A stretch of 64,000 bases of DNA, taken from the human T2T-CHM13v2.0 reference genome, Homo sapiens. The stretch lies in NCBI RefSeq assembly GCF_009914755.1, contig NC_060928.1, one strand, 5' to 3'. Every line of letters starts with the position of its first letter. Within the stretch, counting starts at the first letter, position 1. The notes beneath the pieces are model-generated. The model was not told the origin of the DNA. It saw only the letters and a list, made by a program, of their open reading frames with translations, and made no database searches. Of this stretch, positions 30,830-43,035 are shown piece by piece. The translations under genes and the position numbers were made by a program.

Positions 30830-33020
30830 TTCATTCCTAGCTAACCACTTTCACTTAATGTCTTTTCAGCCCCAGAAAACTTACCACTTCTGAAATCTTG
30901 GTTTTAAATATTCCATTGTCCAATAATGATCATTTATTTATCTGGAGCATTTATTCAGGTATCTCTACTGCCACAATTCTTCAAATACATCAATACTCCA
31001 ACCCTGACCCACACCTGTTATCACCACTCCAAGCTTCATTTTTACCCTGGCGTTTGTGATCTCTGTCCATCATGAGATTACTTCATGGCAAATATCCTTC
31101 AATCCCTTACCCCTCTCTCCTTTCATTTTAGTTACCCTGAAAAACTTGGCCATGTGCCTTTTTATGATTTAATTTGAGTGGGGAAACTTTGCTGGAGAAA
31201 GATCACAGGACTCTGTGATCTCAAATTTCAAACTTCCACTCCATACCACTCATTAATCCTTTCATTTTCTTCTGATAGGATCATGTTTCCACTTTGAAAA
31301 TGAGAACTTTATACCTTTTGTTTTCTCTTCAAACCACCCATAACTTCTTTCTGTTCACAGCTGTTAATTGTGCTGTCTCACTTCTTCCCCTTCCATTTAC
31401 ACCACAACCCACTGTGATCAGGCTTCTCTGCCCAATTTTCTGAGCCCCGCATTCCACTGAAAAACCTCGTAACTAGGTCAATATTAACATTTCATTGTCT
31501 ATAACTTGCTCGATTTCTCACCATTATGTGAGACAGTAAATACTAATTTTTTTTTCCCACTCACTTTTCTCCTGTGGCTTCTGTTCCACCACCCTACTGA
31601 TTTTTTTAGACTTAATGGTTACATCTACTTAATCTTCTTAGCTGGTTACCCTTCCTTTAAATATCTGTGCTTCTTAATTTTAGGTTCTAGATCTACTTTG
31701 CTTCTTCAACAAACATTTTCTAGGTGATCTCATCAATTGACATAAATGTGAACTCAGTATTTATTCTGATGGCTCCCAAATGTTTATATTTATCCCCAAG
31801 CTCTTGAATTTCATTTCAGAATGTTTATCTGACAACACAGCTGGGTGTTATGTATACCTTGCAAACACAATCTAACCAAAAACAGAAACTCATGATTTTC
31901 TGTTCTAAATCTCTCCAAAGTCTCCTTTCTCCTTGCCACCTTAGTAAACATCATCAAAATCCACTTAGTTGTTTCTTCTAAAAGCAAAAGAGAAATGTAT
32001 TTATTTCTCCCTTACTGTACTTATTCATCAATACATTCTGTTGTATTGTATTAGCAATACAATAGAATCTTGTATTCTCTTGTATCTTGTATTCCCAAAT
32101 TATTCTTCAAATCTGTATACTTTTCTCCATCTCTACTTTCCTGTCTCCAGTTCAGATTACTATCCTTTCTTGCCTGGAAGATAGGTTACTAACTTGTTTC
32201 CTTTATGTATTATTGTTCCCTTTAAACTATTCTCCACAAAGCAGCAAGTGTGATCTAAAAGTTAAATCAAATTATATTATTCCTCTGCATAAAACCTATC
32301 AATGGCTTCTAATTTTACTAAGAATGAAAGACAGACTTCTTTCCATGAATTACAGAATAACCCATGTTATGGTTTCTATTCACTTTTTCAAATCCATTGC
32401 AGACCACTCTCCCAGTTGTTCACTCTTAATGACATTCTAGCCTTTCAGAAGTTTAATGAAGCCATCAAAGCCTTTTCCTGTCCAGGGTATTTGAAGTCAT
32501 TGTTGCATCAACATGGAAGATTTCCTTTCAGACTTCAATGTCAATGCCATGAAAGTCACATCTTTTTCTTGTTTGTTGTTGATTTCTCAGCATCTAGAAT
32601 GGCTCCTGTCACACAGTAGGTGTTTAATATGTATTTGCTGAGTTAAGTAAATGCATAAATTTCATCCCTGATCTTAGCTGAAATATCCCCTCTTAAGGTA
32701 GGCTTTTTCTAACCACTGTTTCTGAAACAGCTTCCACCCTAGATTAAATTACACTATACCATTTTATTTTCCTTCATTTCAGTTTTTAGTCTGCACTTAC
32801 TTACCTTGCTTTCTTACTTTTTTGCTTGATTATTGCCTATATTCTCTATGGGCAATAATTGCTGATATTCTATTATTGCTCATGTTCTCTATGGGCAATA
32901 ATCAAGAATAGAAATTCAGTGAGGTCATCTTTTGGCTTAGTTACAACTGAAATTTCAGTGCCTGGCACAATGCCTATATGCAATAATCCCCAGTTAATAT
33001 TTGTGAAACAAATGAACACA
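30830..33020 (+). mobile_element. Long, highly diverged L2 segment(s) with two 3' ends (~32650 and ~33020)
   Basis: ggtgatctcatc...gatggctcccaaatg; tattctccacaaagcagcaagtgtgatct; acagtaggtgtttaatatgtatttgctgag; cagtgcctggcacaatgcc...aatatttgtgaaacaaatgaa. Left boundary approximate. Confidence 0.65.
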
Positions 33021-33589
33021 TGAGTAATTGAACAATAAGAGCAATACAAAAAGATTTCAGAGGGAAAGAAGAGGGAATATCAAGGAGGCAGACTTTCACC
33101 CTTTATCAAAATTTAGCCAAAGTAAGCATAAAGAGGCTATTGTTTACCCATTAAGATTATTTATAAAAATGTCAAATTGTACATGTTCTTATAGTAACTC
33201 ATATTCTTATACATTTTAATACAGAAAGTACAATTTGTTGTGTTTTTAAAAAAATTTCCTTTCCCCTATTCTTAACCAATTTCTTGGTTAAGATGACAAA
33301 TGTTCCTCCAACCCTGCCCATGTTGATAGAATCCTGTTTTCAGTCTTTGATGTGGAAACTTTCCAGTGGTTTTTGGAAATTTAAATCATTTAAGACTAGT
33401 AAAACATAGTTGTTGTTGTTGTTTTTTTTTTCTCTGCTAAACCATGAACATTTTTCTCCTCAGTGAGAGTGTCATCTAAATGCTTAGTAATTCTACCTTT
33501 AATGCATGCCTGGCTGTTCCTATGGTATCTTATGGCTGTTAAACTTTTCTAAGAAAAAATATGATCTATTATGCTTTTGAATTTATTTA

Positions 33590-35290
33590 AAATATCATCT
33601 GCTTATCAAAAAGTAGATAAAATAAGAACTTAAACATCAACAAATTATCCACCTTTCAAATCAAGAAATAGAAAACTACCAGTGCTCCAGAAGACCTATC
33701 CCCCCAAACACTCCCAATCTCTATCCTCTTCTTTCTCACTACAGTTTAGTTTGGGCTGATTTGAAATGTATGGAAAGGGGATCATAAAATATGCATTTTT
33801 TGTGCCTGGCTTCTTTCTTAAAACATTATGCCTATAAGAGGCATCCATGTTGTTATGAGCAGCAGTGTTTCATTCTCTGTCATTGCTATTTATTGTCCCA
33901 CTGGACAGAGGCTCCACAGTTTTTCTATCCATTTCACTGTGGATGGAAATTGGGGTTATTTCCAGTTTTCGACTTTTATGAATAATGCTGCTATGAAAAT
34001 TCTTCTATATGTCTCTTGAAATACATGTGCAAGCGTTTTTGTTAGAAACAATCCTAGTAGTGGAATTGTCATGTTATAGGGTGTGTATATGTTCAATTTT
34101 AGTGAATAATGTCAAATAGATTTCCAAATTCCCTGTATCAATTAAAACATTAGCCCACAGCATGTGAGAATTTCAGCTGCTCCATATCCTTGCCATCTTT
34201 TGGTACTGAAAGGCCTTTTATTTTAGCCATTCTAATGGGTATACAGTATTATCTCATTGTGATTTTAATTTTTCTAATTAATAGTACTATTCCATACTTT
34301 TGTATATGTTGCTGGAATGTTTTATAGGTCTTGTGCTCATTTTTCTCTGAGGTTGTGTTTTTTCCATATTGATTTTTGTACTTGTGTTTTATTTATCTTG
34401 CATGTAAGCTGCTTACCTTGTATATGTACAGCAAATATATTTGCTCATTTCTCATTCTATGACTTGTTTTTTAACTTTCTTAATGCCATATTTTGATAAA
34501 CATCATTTCTACATATTAAAGTCATTTAATTGATCATTTTTATTCTTATTGTTAGGACTCTTGCTTCATATTTAAGAAATCTTTACTTAAGGTTGTGAAT
34601 ATATGCTCTTGTATTTTCTTATCAAATTATATTACTTTGCTTTTACATTTATATCCATTTCATATGGAATTGTTTTTTGTGTGTGGTGTGAGGTAGAACT
34701 CATATGGGTGTTCAATTAAACCAACTTCATTTATGAAAAGATCCATTTCTTCCTCATTGTGCTAAGGGGCCACTTTAGCAAAAATTAGGTAGAAATATTT
34801 ATAATCTCCCTTTTTCTCTTACATTGTACTCTTTTTCTATTCTTGTACCAATACCACACTACCTTAATTATTGTAGCTTTATAATAAGTCTTGATATCAG
34901 TAAAACAAATCCCACCTTATTTTCCTTCAAGTGTGCATTGCTATTCTTGGCCCTTTGTGATTCCTCATAAATCTTAGAATCAGTTTACCTCTGCAAAAAA
35001 CAAACATAAAGACCAATTTGAGAAAAATTAATGTTTTTTATAATATTGGTTCCTCTAATATATGATCACAGCATTTTCCATCATTTGTGTAGGTCTTTTA
35101 CCATTTCTGTCCATCAAGATTTACAATATTCTGTGTAGAGATGCTAAATGTATTTTGTACACTTATTGTAAGTATTTGGTAGTTTTTGCTATTGTAAGTG
35201 CTATTGTATTTGGCATTTTATATTTTTTAAAAATGTACATGTTATTGCAAATTGTATCTTATACTTTAAAAAATTTACTGGTTGCTCTCA
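33590..35290 (-). mobile_element. Ancient L1 (L1MC/ME) 3' UTR plus ORF2 C-terminal remnant
   Basis: tgaataatgctgctatgaaaattc; ttttagccattctaatgggtatacagtattatctcattgtg; ttgtaccaataccacact...ttgtagctttataataagtcttga. Confidence 0.8.
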
Positions 35291-35904
35291 TTTAAAAGTA
35301 AATACAACTATTTCCTGATGGATAAAATGCCCCTTTATTGGAAAATTTAATAATAGGCAACTGTGGGACTATGTAGGGAATAGAAGTAATATTGAATATT
35401 TTAAAAATAAAATTCATATAATTAGGGAACTTGTTTGTGAATAATCCATTAATTTGCCCAGTCAAACTTTAATGAATGTTTTCCCTTTACCAGGTATCAT
35501 GAGAGACACTGAGGACATACAACGGTCCCAAAATACAATGTAACAATTTTATGATAATATCTATCATATGAATACATAAAGCAGGCATACAGAGCTGTAA
35601 ATCATTTATATATACACACACAAACATATAACTATATATAACTTACAAATTTGTAAACTCTTTTTTCCCATATCATCATCTAATTTAATCCCTAGGACAA
35701 CTTGTGAATTTAGTCTTGTTAATACTTTGTAGTGAAAATGGAGACTCTGGCAGGATAGAAAATCTCTATCAGGAGATTTTTTGAATCAGGAGCCTGTTGC
35801 ACTGTATCATAAACTTGCCCTGGCACTGAAGACCCTTCAGTCAATAGGGTACTGATGTCTTTCTCATGAATAAAGGTCGCTGATGAGATAAGCATTTATT
35901 CCCC

Positions 35905-36030
35905 TGGGAAGTAAACTCTATGAAGGCAAGGATTTTAATTTGCTTTGCTCACTGCTCTGTCCCCATTATGCAGAATGATGCCTGTGACATATTTAGCAAT
36001 CAGTAATTATTTATTATATAAATAAAAATG
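35905..36030 (+). mobile_element. L2 3' end
   Basis: gtaaactctatgaaggcaaggatttt...tttgctcactgctctgtcccc. Confidence 0.7.
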
Positions 36031-36825
36031 AAGAAGTAAACTTTATTCTGAAGTGGACAAAGATGAAGAGAGACTTTGGCATCACTGGTTTATAGATTTA
36101 ATCTAAACAATTAAATTAGGTGCCAGAATTAGAAAGACATGTGCATAGTAGGTGATTTGACAAGAGAATAGCTTGCACAAATGAGATCACTCCAGGCATT
36201 TCATTGCCCTATAATAGTAAATTTGCTTTTCTAAGTTGTTTTTCTCTTGCTTCCAAGCTAGGATCTAATTCTGCCAGCAATAAAGCAATGGAATTACATT
36301 TTAGCACAGAGAAAAAGATCCTGAAAATAATCATAACAATCTTCAAAGCAATGAATGAATCTTTTTGGATTAGCAACTTATTCAAGCCATTTGCTATAAT
36401 TCCATTGTCATAGATAATTGACAGCTAACTGGCTTGTCAACTTATCTCTCTGACCCTCGATAAATTTAGGAAACATGTATAAATATATAATTCTTATTTA
36501 AAAGACATATGGGACTATATTCTCATGCTTATCTCATTAGGACTTTGCCAAAATCTTCGGGAAGTGGATTATTCTGTTTCAAATCAATGGTGTAATTTTA
36601 TAAATAAATTACTTATTTTATTGCCATATAATATGACAACGGTAACTATAAATTTAATTCAGAATTTAAATTTAATTTACAAGTATAACACATAATCATA
36701 GAAATAAATATTTTTTCATAAACATATGAATTTTCTAGGTTTTCTATTTTCTTATTGGGTTATTTCTCCTCCAGTGATACCAAACTTTCCTAACATTACA
36801 ATTATTTTTCTTTTCAAAAATTGAG

Positions 36826-37000
36826 GGCTGGGCACGGTGGCGTAATCCCAGCACTTTGGGAGGCCGAGGTGGGCGGGATGCTGAGGCAGGAGGCAGGAGA
36901 TTTGCTTGAGCCGGAGAGGTGGAGTTTGCAGTGAGCTGAGATCCTGCCATTGCACCCCAGCCCGGCTGATAGAGACTCTGTCTAAAAAAAAAAAAAAAAA
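36826..37000 (+). mobile_element. Internally deleted Alu (left-arm 5' part fused to right arm)
   Basis: ggctgggcacggtggcgtaatcccagcactttgggaggccgaggtgggcgg joined to gctgaggcaggag...gcagtgagctgagatc...poly(A); TSD aaaaattgag. Confidence 0.9.
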
Positions 37001-37795
37001 AAATTGAGGTGAAATTTACATAACATAAAACTAACTATTTTGAAGAGCACAATCCAGTGGTATTTAGTACACTTTGCAATGCTGTGCAGCCACCACCTCT
37101 ATTGAGCTTCAAAACATTTTCATTACTCCAAAGAAAGCTCCACACCCATTTAGCAGTCAGTTCCCATTCCTCCCTCTCCTCAGAACCTGGCAAACACCAA
37201 TTTTCTTTTTCTTTTCTTTCTTTCTTTTTTTTTTTTTTTGAGACAGAGTTTCTATCTTTTTGCCCAGGCTGGAGTGCAATGGCGCGATCTCTGGTCACCA
37301 AGACCTCCGCCTCCTGGATTCAAGCGATTTCCTGCCTCAGCCTCCCGAGTAGCTGGGATTATAGGCATGCGCCACCACGCCCAGCTAATTTTGTATCTGC
37401 TTTTAGTAGAGATGGTTTCTCCACGTTGGTCAGGCTGGTCTCGAACTCCAGACCTCAGGTGATCCGCCTGCCTCGGCCTCCCGAAGTGCTGGGGTTACAG
37501 GTATGAGTCACAGCGCCCAGTCCACCAATTCTTTCTCTCCCTATGGATTTATCTATTCTTGATATTTTATATAAATAGAATCATACAATATGTGGCTTTT
37601 TTGTATCTGGCCTCTTTGACTTAGCATATTGTTTTCAAGGTTTATCCATTGTAGCATGTATCAATACTTCATCTTTGATGGCTGAATAAGATTCCATTTT
37701 AGGTATATACCACATTTTGTTTATCCATTCATCTGCTGATAGACACTTGGGTTATTTCCACCTTTTGGCTGTTGTAAAGTGCTGTGGAGTATTCT
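37001..37795 (-). mobile_element. L1MB-type 3' end, interrupted by AluSp
   Basis: attgaggtgaaatttacataacataaaa...gtggtatttagtacac; ctatggatttatctattcttgatattttatataaatagaatcatacaatatgtgg. Confidence 0.85.
37201..37522 (-). mobile_element. AluSp
   Basis: Diagnostics gagtgcaatggcgcgatc, ggcatgcgccaccacgccc and ggtttctccacgttggtcaggctgg; TSD caccaatt. Confidence 0.9.
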
Positions 37796-38427
37796 TTAAA
37801 GAATGAGAAAAAAATTTGAATATTACTTTATGTCTAATATCTTACCAACTGCAGCATTCCCAACAATTATTAAATATACTTTATAAGAGTCTCATGAGGT
37901 TACCTCATAAAAGAAGCTACTCCAGTATTAGTCAGCATTAATACTGTTGGACAATCCTCTATTTCAAGCCCCACATTTGTGTTTTTAGTTCTATTAAAAT
38001 CACTTTAGAATACATTCACTTATAAATCACTGAAGGGAGAAACTGAAAAAAATGCTTAAGATTTTTATTGTACATGTCGTTTTTTAAAAAATAATTGATT
38101 TATCTGATATTTTTAATTAACTAAAAAAGCACTTTAACTTCTAACTTTCATAAGAAATCATTCATATATTCTACTCTATGAACTTTGATTTTATTCTCAT
38201 CTGGTAACTCCTGGATGTTTCTCCTCCTTACAGTGTTTCTTGCAATCACATAGGCAAGAATTATTGAAAGATTTATTTACTTATACTCAAGAATTCTTAA
38301 CTCTTTCTTTTTCAAGATTCAAATTTTATATGGACAAAGAAGAAGCAGGAAAGAAGGAACTAATTCTAATTCCACTGCAGAAAGGCTAGTATTTAATCCA
38401 CCCTTCTTCTAAAAATAAATGCAAGTC

Positions 38428-38665
38428 CCAGCCTGGGCAACATAGTGAGACCTCATCTCTACTAAAAATAAAAAGTAAAAAAATTAACTGAGTATGATGG
38501 CATGCCTGTAGTCCCAGCTACTTAGGAGGCTGAGGTGGGAAGATCACCTGAGCCCAGGAATTCAAGGTTGCAGTGAGCGATGATCGTGCCACTGCACTCC
38601 AGCATGTGCAAAAAAAAAAAAAAAAAAAAAAGAGGACCTGTCTCAAAACAAACAAATAGAAAAAC
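38428..38665 (+). mobile_element. AluJ, 5'-truncated, with internal A22 tract
   Basis: cagcctgggcaacatagtgagacc...tgagcccaggaattcaaggttgcagtgagcgatgatcgtgccactgcactccagc. Confidence 0.9.
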
Positions 38666-40499
38666 CACAATAAGCACAAATCCCCAAGCTAGCATTGTTT
38701 TTGCACTTTGACCTTGAATGCTTTACATTTTATCAGTAACTAATTAACCTTATTTGTCATTATAGGACATTTGATAATAACATTTATGTCTAAGTTAGTT
38801 CTCCTTATAAAGATTTTAGATGGACATGGATGTGGAACAAAAGTAAGTTCTATTCTCAGGTGAACTTACATTTTTCGCAGCTGTAGATAAGCAGTAATTG
38901 AAGTGAAAAACTGTCTCCTCTCTCCTGCCTTTGGGATGTAATGGCCATGCAGGTGTCTTTTTGCCAACTCTGTGCTCTTGACAGTGTTATTAGCTCAAAA
39001 TCACCAGGGACAAAACATTTTATACAAGGAACAGACATGCTTTTATACTACTAAATGAGCTTTCTGGGCTTTCTAACACTGCCAGTTTTGTATAAAGGTG
39101 GATGCCTACCTTGTGGAGGAACATTAATAGCAGGGAATTCAAAGCAACCATTGTTAGAAGCTTGTATTTTAGAGAATGCTTTTATTTTCTTTTACTAGAC
39201 TTCATTACAAAAGTCTCTTGTTTTATTGCCATTACCTTTCTAGGCTGGTCTATATTTGGGTTCTGGCCAAAGATGAAAGTTGTATGCAAACATCCAATGG
39301 GCAATACAAAAATCATTTTCAAGATAGCCTTTTGGGAAATGTTATTTGCTTTCCAATTAGAGTCTGTTATTTCATGACTATTGTCACCGAAACAAAAATA
39401 ATATTCTTAACTAATCATTCAGTGCATTTGAAGAGCAGTGTTATTTATTATTTTTAAATTTTTCTCATGTCTGAAATAATCTTACTTTTTTTGGTCAACA
39501 TAAATCAAGTCAATGTTCTGTGGCTTGGGCATAGGCATGGTAGGCATGAATAGGCGTGCTTCACACCTACCCAGAGAAACACAGGAGAAAGGTCTGGTAC
39601 ATGATGTAGGTTTCTAGAAAGGGAAGAGTCACAATGGATGAGTCCCTCCATCTTCGAACTACAGATATGAAGTGAAGTGAAATTACTTGCCCGAGGTCAT
39701 AAATATACCCAATGACAATATTGGCAGAAGCATCATGTCTACAGATCCCAAAGTATTGTTTCTTCAAACAGTATCTTGGTGTGACACTGGAAAGAATTGC
39801 AAGGGAGATGGCACGGGTGGATCACATCAATCTTGACTTGAGTCTCTACTTACCTGATAGTTGGCTCCACTGAGAAATACAAAAAGAGTGGTACTTGTTT
39901 TAGTATAAAAATAGTATGAAGTGCAATTACTAAATGGGCTAATTTTTTCTCATTATCAAGGTTTTTTACTATTTAAGAATCACAGGAAGAAGGAAAAATG
40001 TACATTAACTTTTATAAAATCAGTGGTAGTAACTTATCAAAAAGCTACTTCATTAGTACTTCAGTAAGTAGAGTACTTCATTTAGCATTACTCCATTAGA
40101 TAATATATAAAAAACAAGGCAAGCTTAGTAAACCATCTGGGTTGAAAGTTGTAAGAAAAAGAGACATGGTTGGAAGCTTGAATAAATGAAAATATTTTTA
40201 CTACAAGCATCTGATTTCTGCATGCATGGTGGCAGGCAAGTAATTTCTTGGCTGATGCCTAAATCATATTTTTGAATTGAAAATGAAATATCTGGCATTT
40301 AAAGGAAGTCTTAAAAATGCAACACATAGATAAGTCTACTTAAAATACAGAACTGAGAACATTGGTTGAGTTATGAAAAATCTATGCTTGGAGACTACCA
40401 TGATCCATGTCTCTGCCTGGAACCCTCTACTCACCCGTAATGTATTTCTCTAGGAGACTTCTTTTTAAGTGATTGTTTAATGAGTGGTAATCATATGAT

Positions 40500-40670
40500 G
40501 AATGCTCCAGGTATTATACTAGGTGATTTACACAGATTATTACATTTAAATCTCAAAACAACTCTGTGAGGAAAGGTTAAGTAATCCAGTAAAAAGTCCC
40601 CCAGCTAGTAAGTGGCTAGCTGAAGATTTGAGGAGTCACGATTTGAATGCAGGCCTTCTTATCTCAGGTC
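40500..40670 (-). mobile_element. MIR SINE
   Basis: catttaaatctcaaaacaactctgtgagg...cagctagtaagtggc...atttgaatgcaggc. Confidence 0.65.
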
Positions 40671-41342
40671 TGAGTTGATATAATAATAATGCTTTCCATG
40701 GTGGGATGGAGAGTTAGGAACTTTACCCACCTTTAGACAAATAGGATGCCATGTCTTAAAGAAGGGATTTCTATTCTGGAGAGAAGACAATCTGGGAGCT
40801 CTTAATTGGACTACAAATTCCTTAAAGGTAGAAATATACTCACTATTATATTCCCAGCATCAAATAGGCATACAATAAATACTTGTGGAATTTATGAGAG
40901 TCTGGCAAATGTGCCACCCTTTTAAAAAGAATAGTCTATAACAGAAGTTTAATTCTAAGGAATTTCCAATAGGGGCAAAAAAGTGGAGTGGAGGGGAGTT
41001 GTCACATAATTATAAGGAAACATAATTATCCCATATTTGAGTGTGCCTACATGTGAAAGACTGATCAATCATAAGCAGATGGGTTAAATCTTAAAAAGAA
41101 TATAGGATACGACCCAGAACATTAAAGCATTACTATAATAGCCATAAACATTGGAAGAGATTCTCTAATCAGCCTACCTTAATATGGTGGTTTGGAAGAA
41201 ATATCTCAGGGAACAAAGAGAAAGACCATCAGAAAAGAGTGTGGTTGGTGACGGAAGCACAGTGCCCTCACCAGAGGTGCTATGAAAATGATTAACGCTG
41301 TGTAAAGTACATCATTCAGAAACTAGGTGCCACTGAAGAACG

Positions 41343-41356
41343 GTTGCTATGGCAAC
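41343..41356. promoter_or_regulatory. Candidate RFX X-box
   Basis: GTTGCTATGGCAAC fits the RFX consensus GTTRCYATRGYAAC; lies in an 18-bp near-palindrome with flanking CpGs in apparently unique DNA. Confidence 0.55.
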
Positions 41357-41589
41357 CGAAGTAATATAGAAGGGAGAGGCGAGGCCAAGGAAGAAGGAAT
41401 GACATAAATTGAAAACCTAGGAAGTGCCAGGTTTCACAATGAGTTTCACAGTTAATATCTCAATTTATCTTTACAGCTCTATTTTACCTTCCTGTGATTG
41501 TGCTACCGCTAAATATCCACAGGCTTCTTTTCTGTTCTGTAGAATGGGATCCTATTTCATCAGATTCTCTATTTTCTTGCTGAAAACAA

Positions 41590-41905
41590 GCAGGCACAGG
41601 AAAGAGATGTCACTTTGAAACAGAAGAGGTTAATAAAGCGACTACAAAAGGGTAGAGGAACATCATAAAATACTTGTGCAGTCCTATGGGCTTGGCCACA
41701 GCCGGGAGCCACTGTCATTCCTAGGCCTAAAGAGGCAAGGAAACGAACAGTTACAAGAAGGTGGAGAGAGGCTCTGTGGGGAAAGATGCCTGAGAAGAAC
41801 AGGATCTTTCAGTAGAGATAGCCAAAACAGGCGGAAGGTAGCTGAGGGAATAGGAACCTGCACCTCCCTCTCCTCCAGCCTGCCAGACCTCCTCCCTGTG
41901 CCGTT
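41590..41905 (-). mobile_element. ERV-L LTR (LTR33/LTR41-like), 3' part
   Basis: caggaaagagatgtcac...gaggttaataaagcgactac...cctaggcctaaagaggcaagg...ctccctctcctccagcctgccagacctcct. Confidence 0.6.
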
Positions 41906-41914
41906 CTTTATATA

Positions 41915-42730
41915 GCAGAACTTCTACCTCCACAGGCTTTTCTGGGTTAAAATGTCCAAGTGTCTGCAGGGTTTTTATTACAGCCTGGACTTGCTGCAAA
42001 GCCTTTTCTTGATGTGGGACCCATTCCACACTGACAATTTAAACCTGCTATATTTTGCTCCAAAATTCAAAAATGCCCTCCAAGCAATCTGCCTTTCTTT
42101 GTGGTAGGTGAGCAGATATCTCACTTTCAAAGCAATATTCTGATATTTCCCAAATCACTGGATTCTTAAGAATCTATACCAATGTGGCAAACCTCTGAAA
42201 CTTCACAGGGTTTAGTTGCTATCCTCTTATGTACATGGGTCTTACTAGTCCTGATCCCCAGACTCATTAGTATAACAGCATCAGCATAATAAACAAGCTA
42301 GTGTGATATTCTGTGGTATATAAAGACTATAAACGACTAAATTATGACACTGGGCAGGAGAGTTGACTTTGTCCTGAAGCAATGTGGTAAAGATATACTT
42401 TTGTATCTATGAAACTGCTTCTAATTTTCCTTGACTGATTTTTAATCAGCTAAGTCAACAGCTGTATTCTAGCTGCTGAAGACTGTAGTGATTTTTCCTC
42501 ATCTGGAGCTGCAGGTTAAAACATAACTCAGTCATTATCCAAGACCTATCAAACTTATGCACCAGCCAAACAAGCTATTTAGATGAACACGTGGTATGAA
42601 TCAACTTCCCCTATATTTAAAAGATTGTTTGTTGTGGAACTAATTTTTTCAATTCACCCAGGCATGTGGTGTCATTTTTGGGTTGCTATATTTTTCAGGG
42701 GGTAAAGGAGAAGGGGTAAGAAGAGGAGAA
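41915..42730 (-). pseudogene. ERV-L pol (reverse transcriptase/connection) remnant
   Basis: Minus-strand translations HKFDRSWIMT, KYIFTTLLQDKVNSPA, IPQNITL.VYYADAV, SPTTKK..CLEGIFEFW and EWVPHQEKALQQVQA follow recalled ERV-L Pol motifs in order (KTDGSWRMT, YTFTVLPQGYxNSPA, LVHYIDD, PTTKKEAQ.LVGLFGFW, EWGPEQEKALQQVQA). Confidence 0.8.
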
Positions 42731-42739
42731 GCTTTACTA

Positions 42740-43035
42740 AAACCAAGGAGAATGGCTTTATGGAGAGGGCCACCTGGCAGAAGTTATGACCTTCAGGAAA
42801 GATGAAACCAACTCCCAGCAACCCAGCAGGGAGGGTCCTAAGGGAATCCATAAATACCCTAAACTCATCCTTTTCTATCATCACAACATCTGCTTGTGCT
42901 TCTCATTGGCCAAACCAACCAGAAGCCAGCGGGTGTGGCAGCTATTGGTGCATACCATACAGATCAGTCTCCCAGATGGAGCACAAGCAAAATGAAGAAG
43001 GATGGAGGGTATGGTGGGTAAGGTGGGAGGTTTTT
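42740..43035 (-). mobile_element. ERV-L LTR (LTR33/LTR41-like), 5' part
   Basis: tggagagggccacctggcag...ataaataccct...cattggccaaaccaaccagaagccag...ccatacagatcagtctccc. Confidence 0.65.

Noticed and set aside
37890-37946. Short inverted repeats atgaggt-t-acctcat and cagtatta...taatactg
   Set aside because: Stems of 7-8 bp are expected by chance in 64 kb of AT-rich DNA.
41262-41282. CTCF-like ctcaccagaggtgcta
   Set aside because: Poor fit to the core consensus without introducing a gap.
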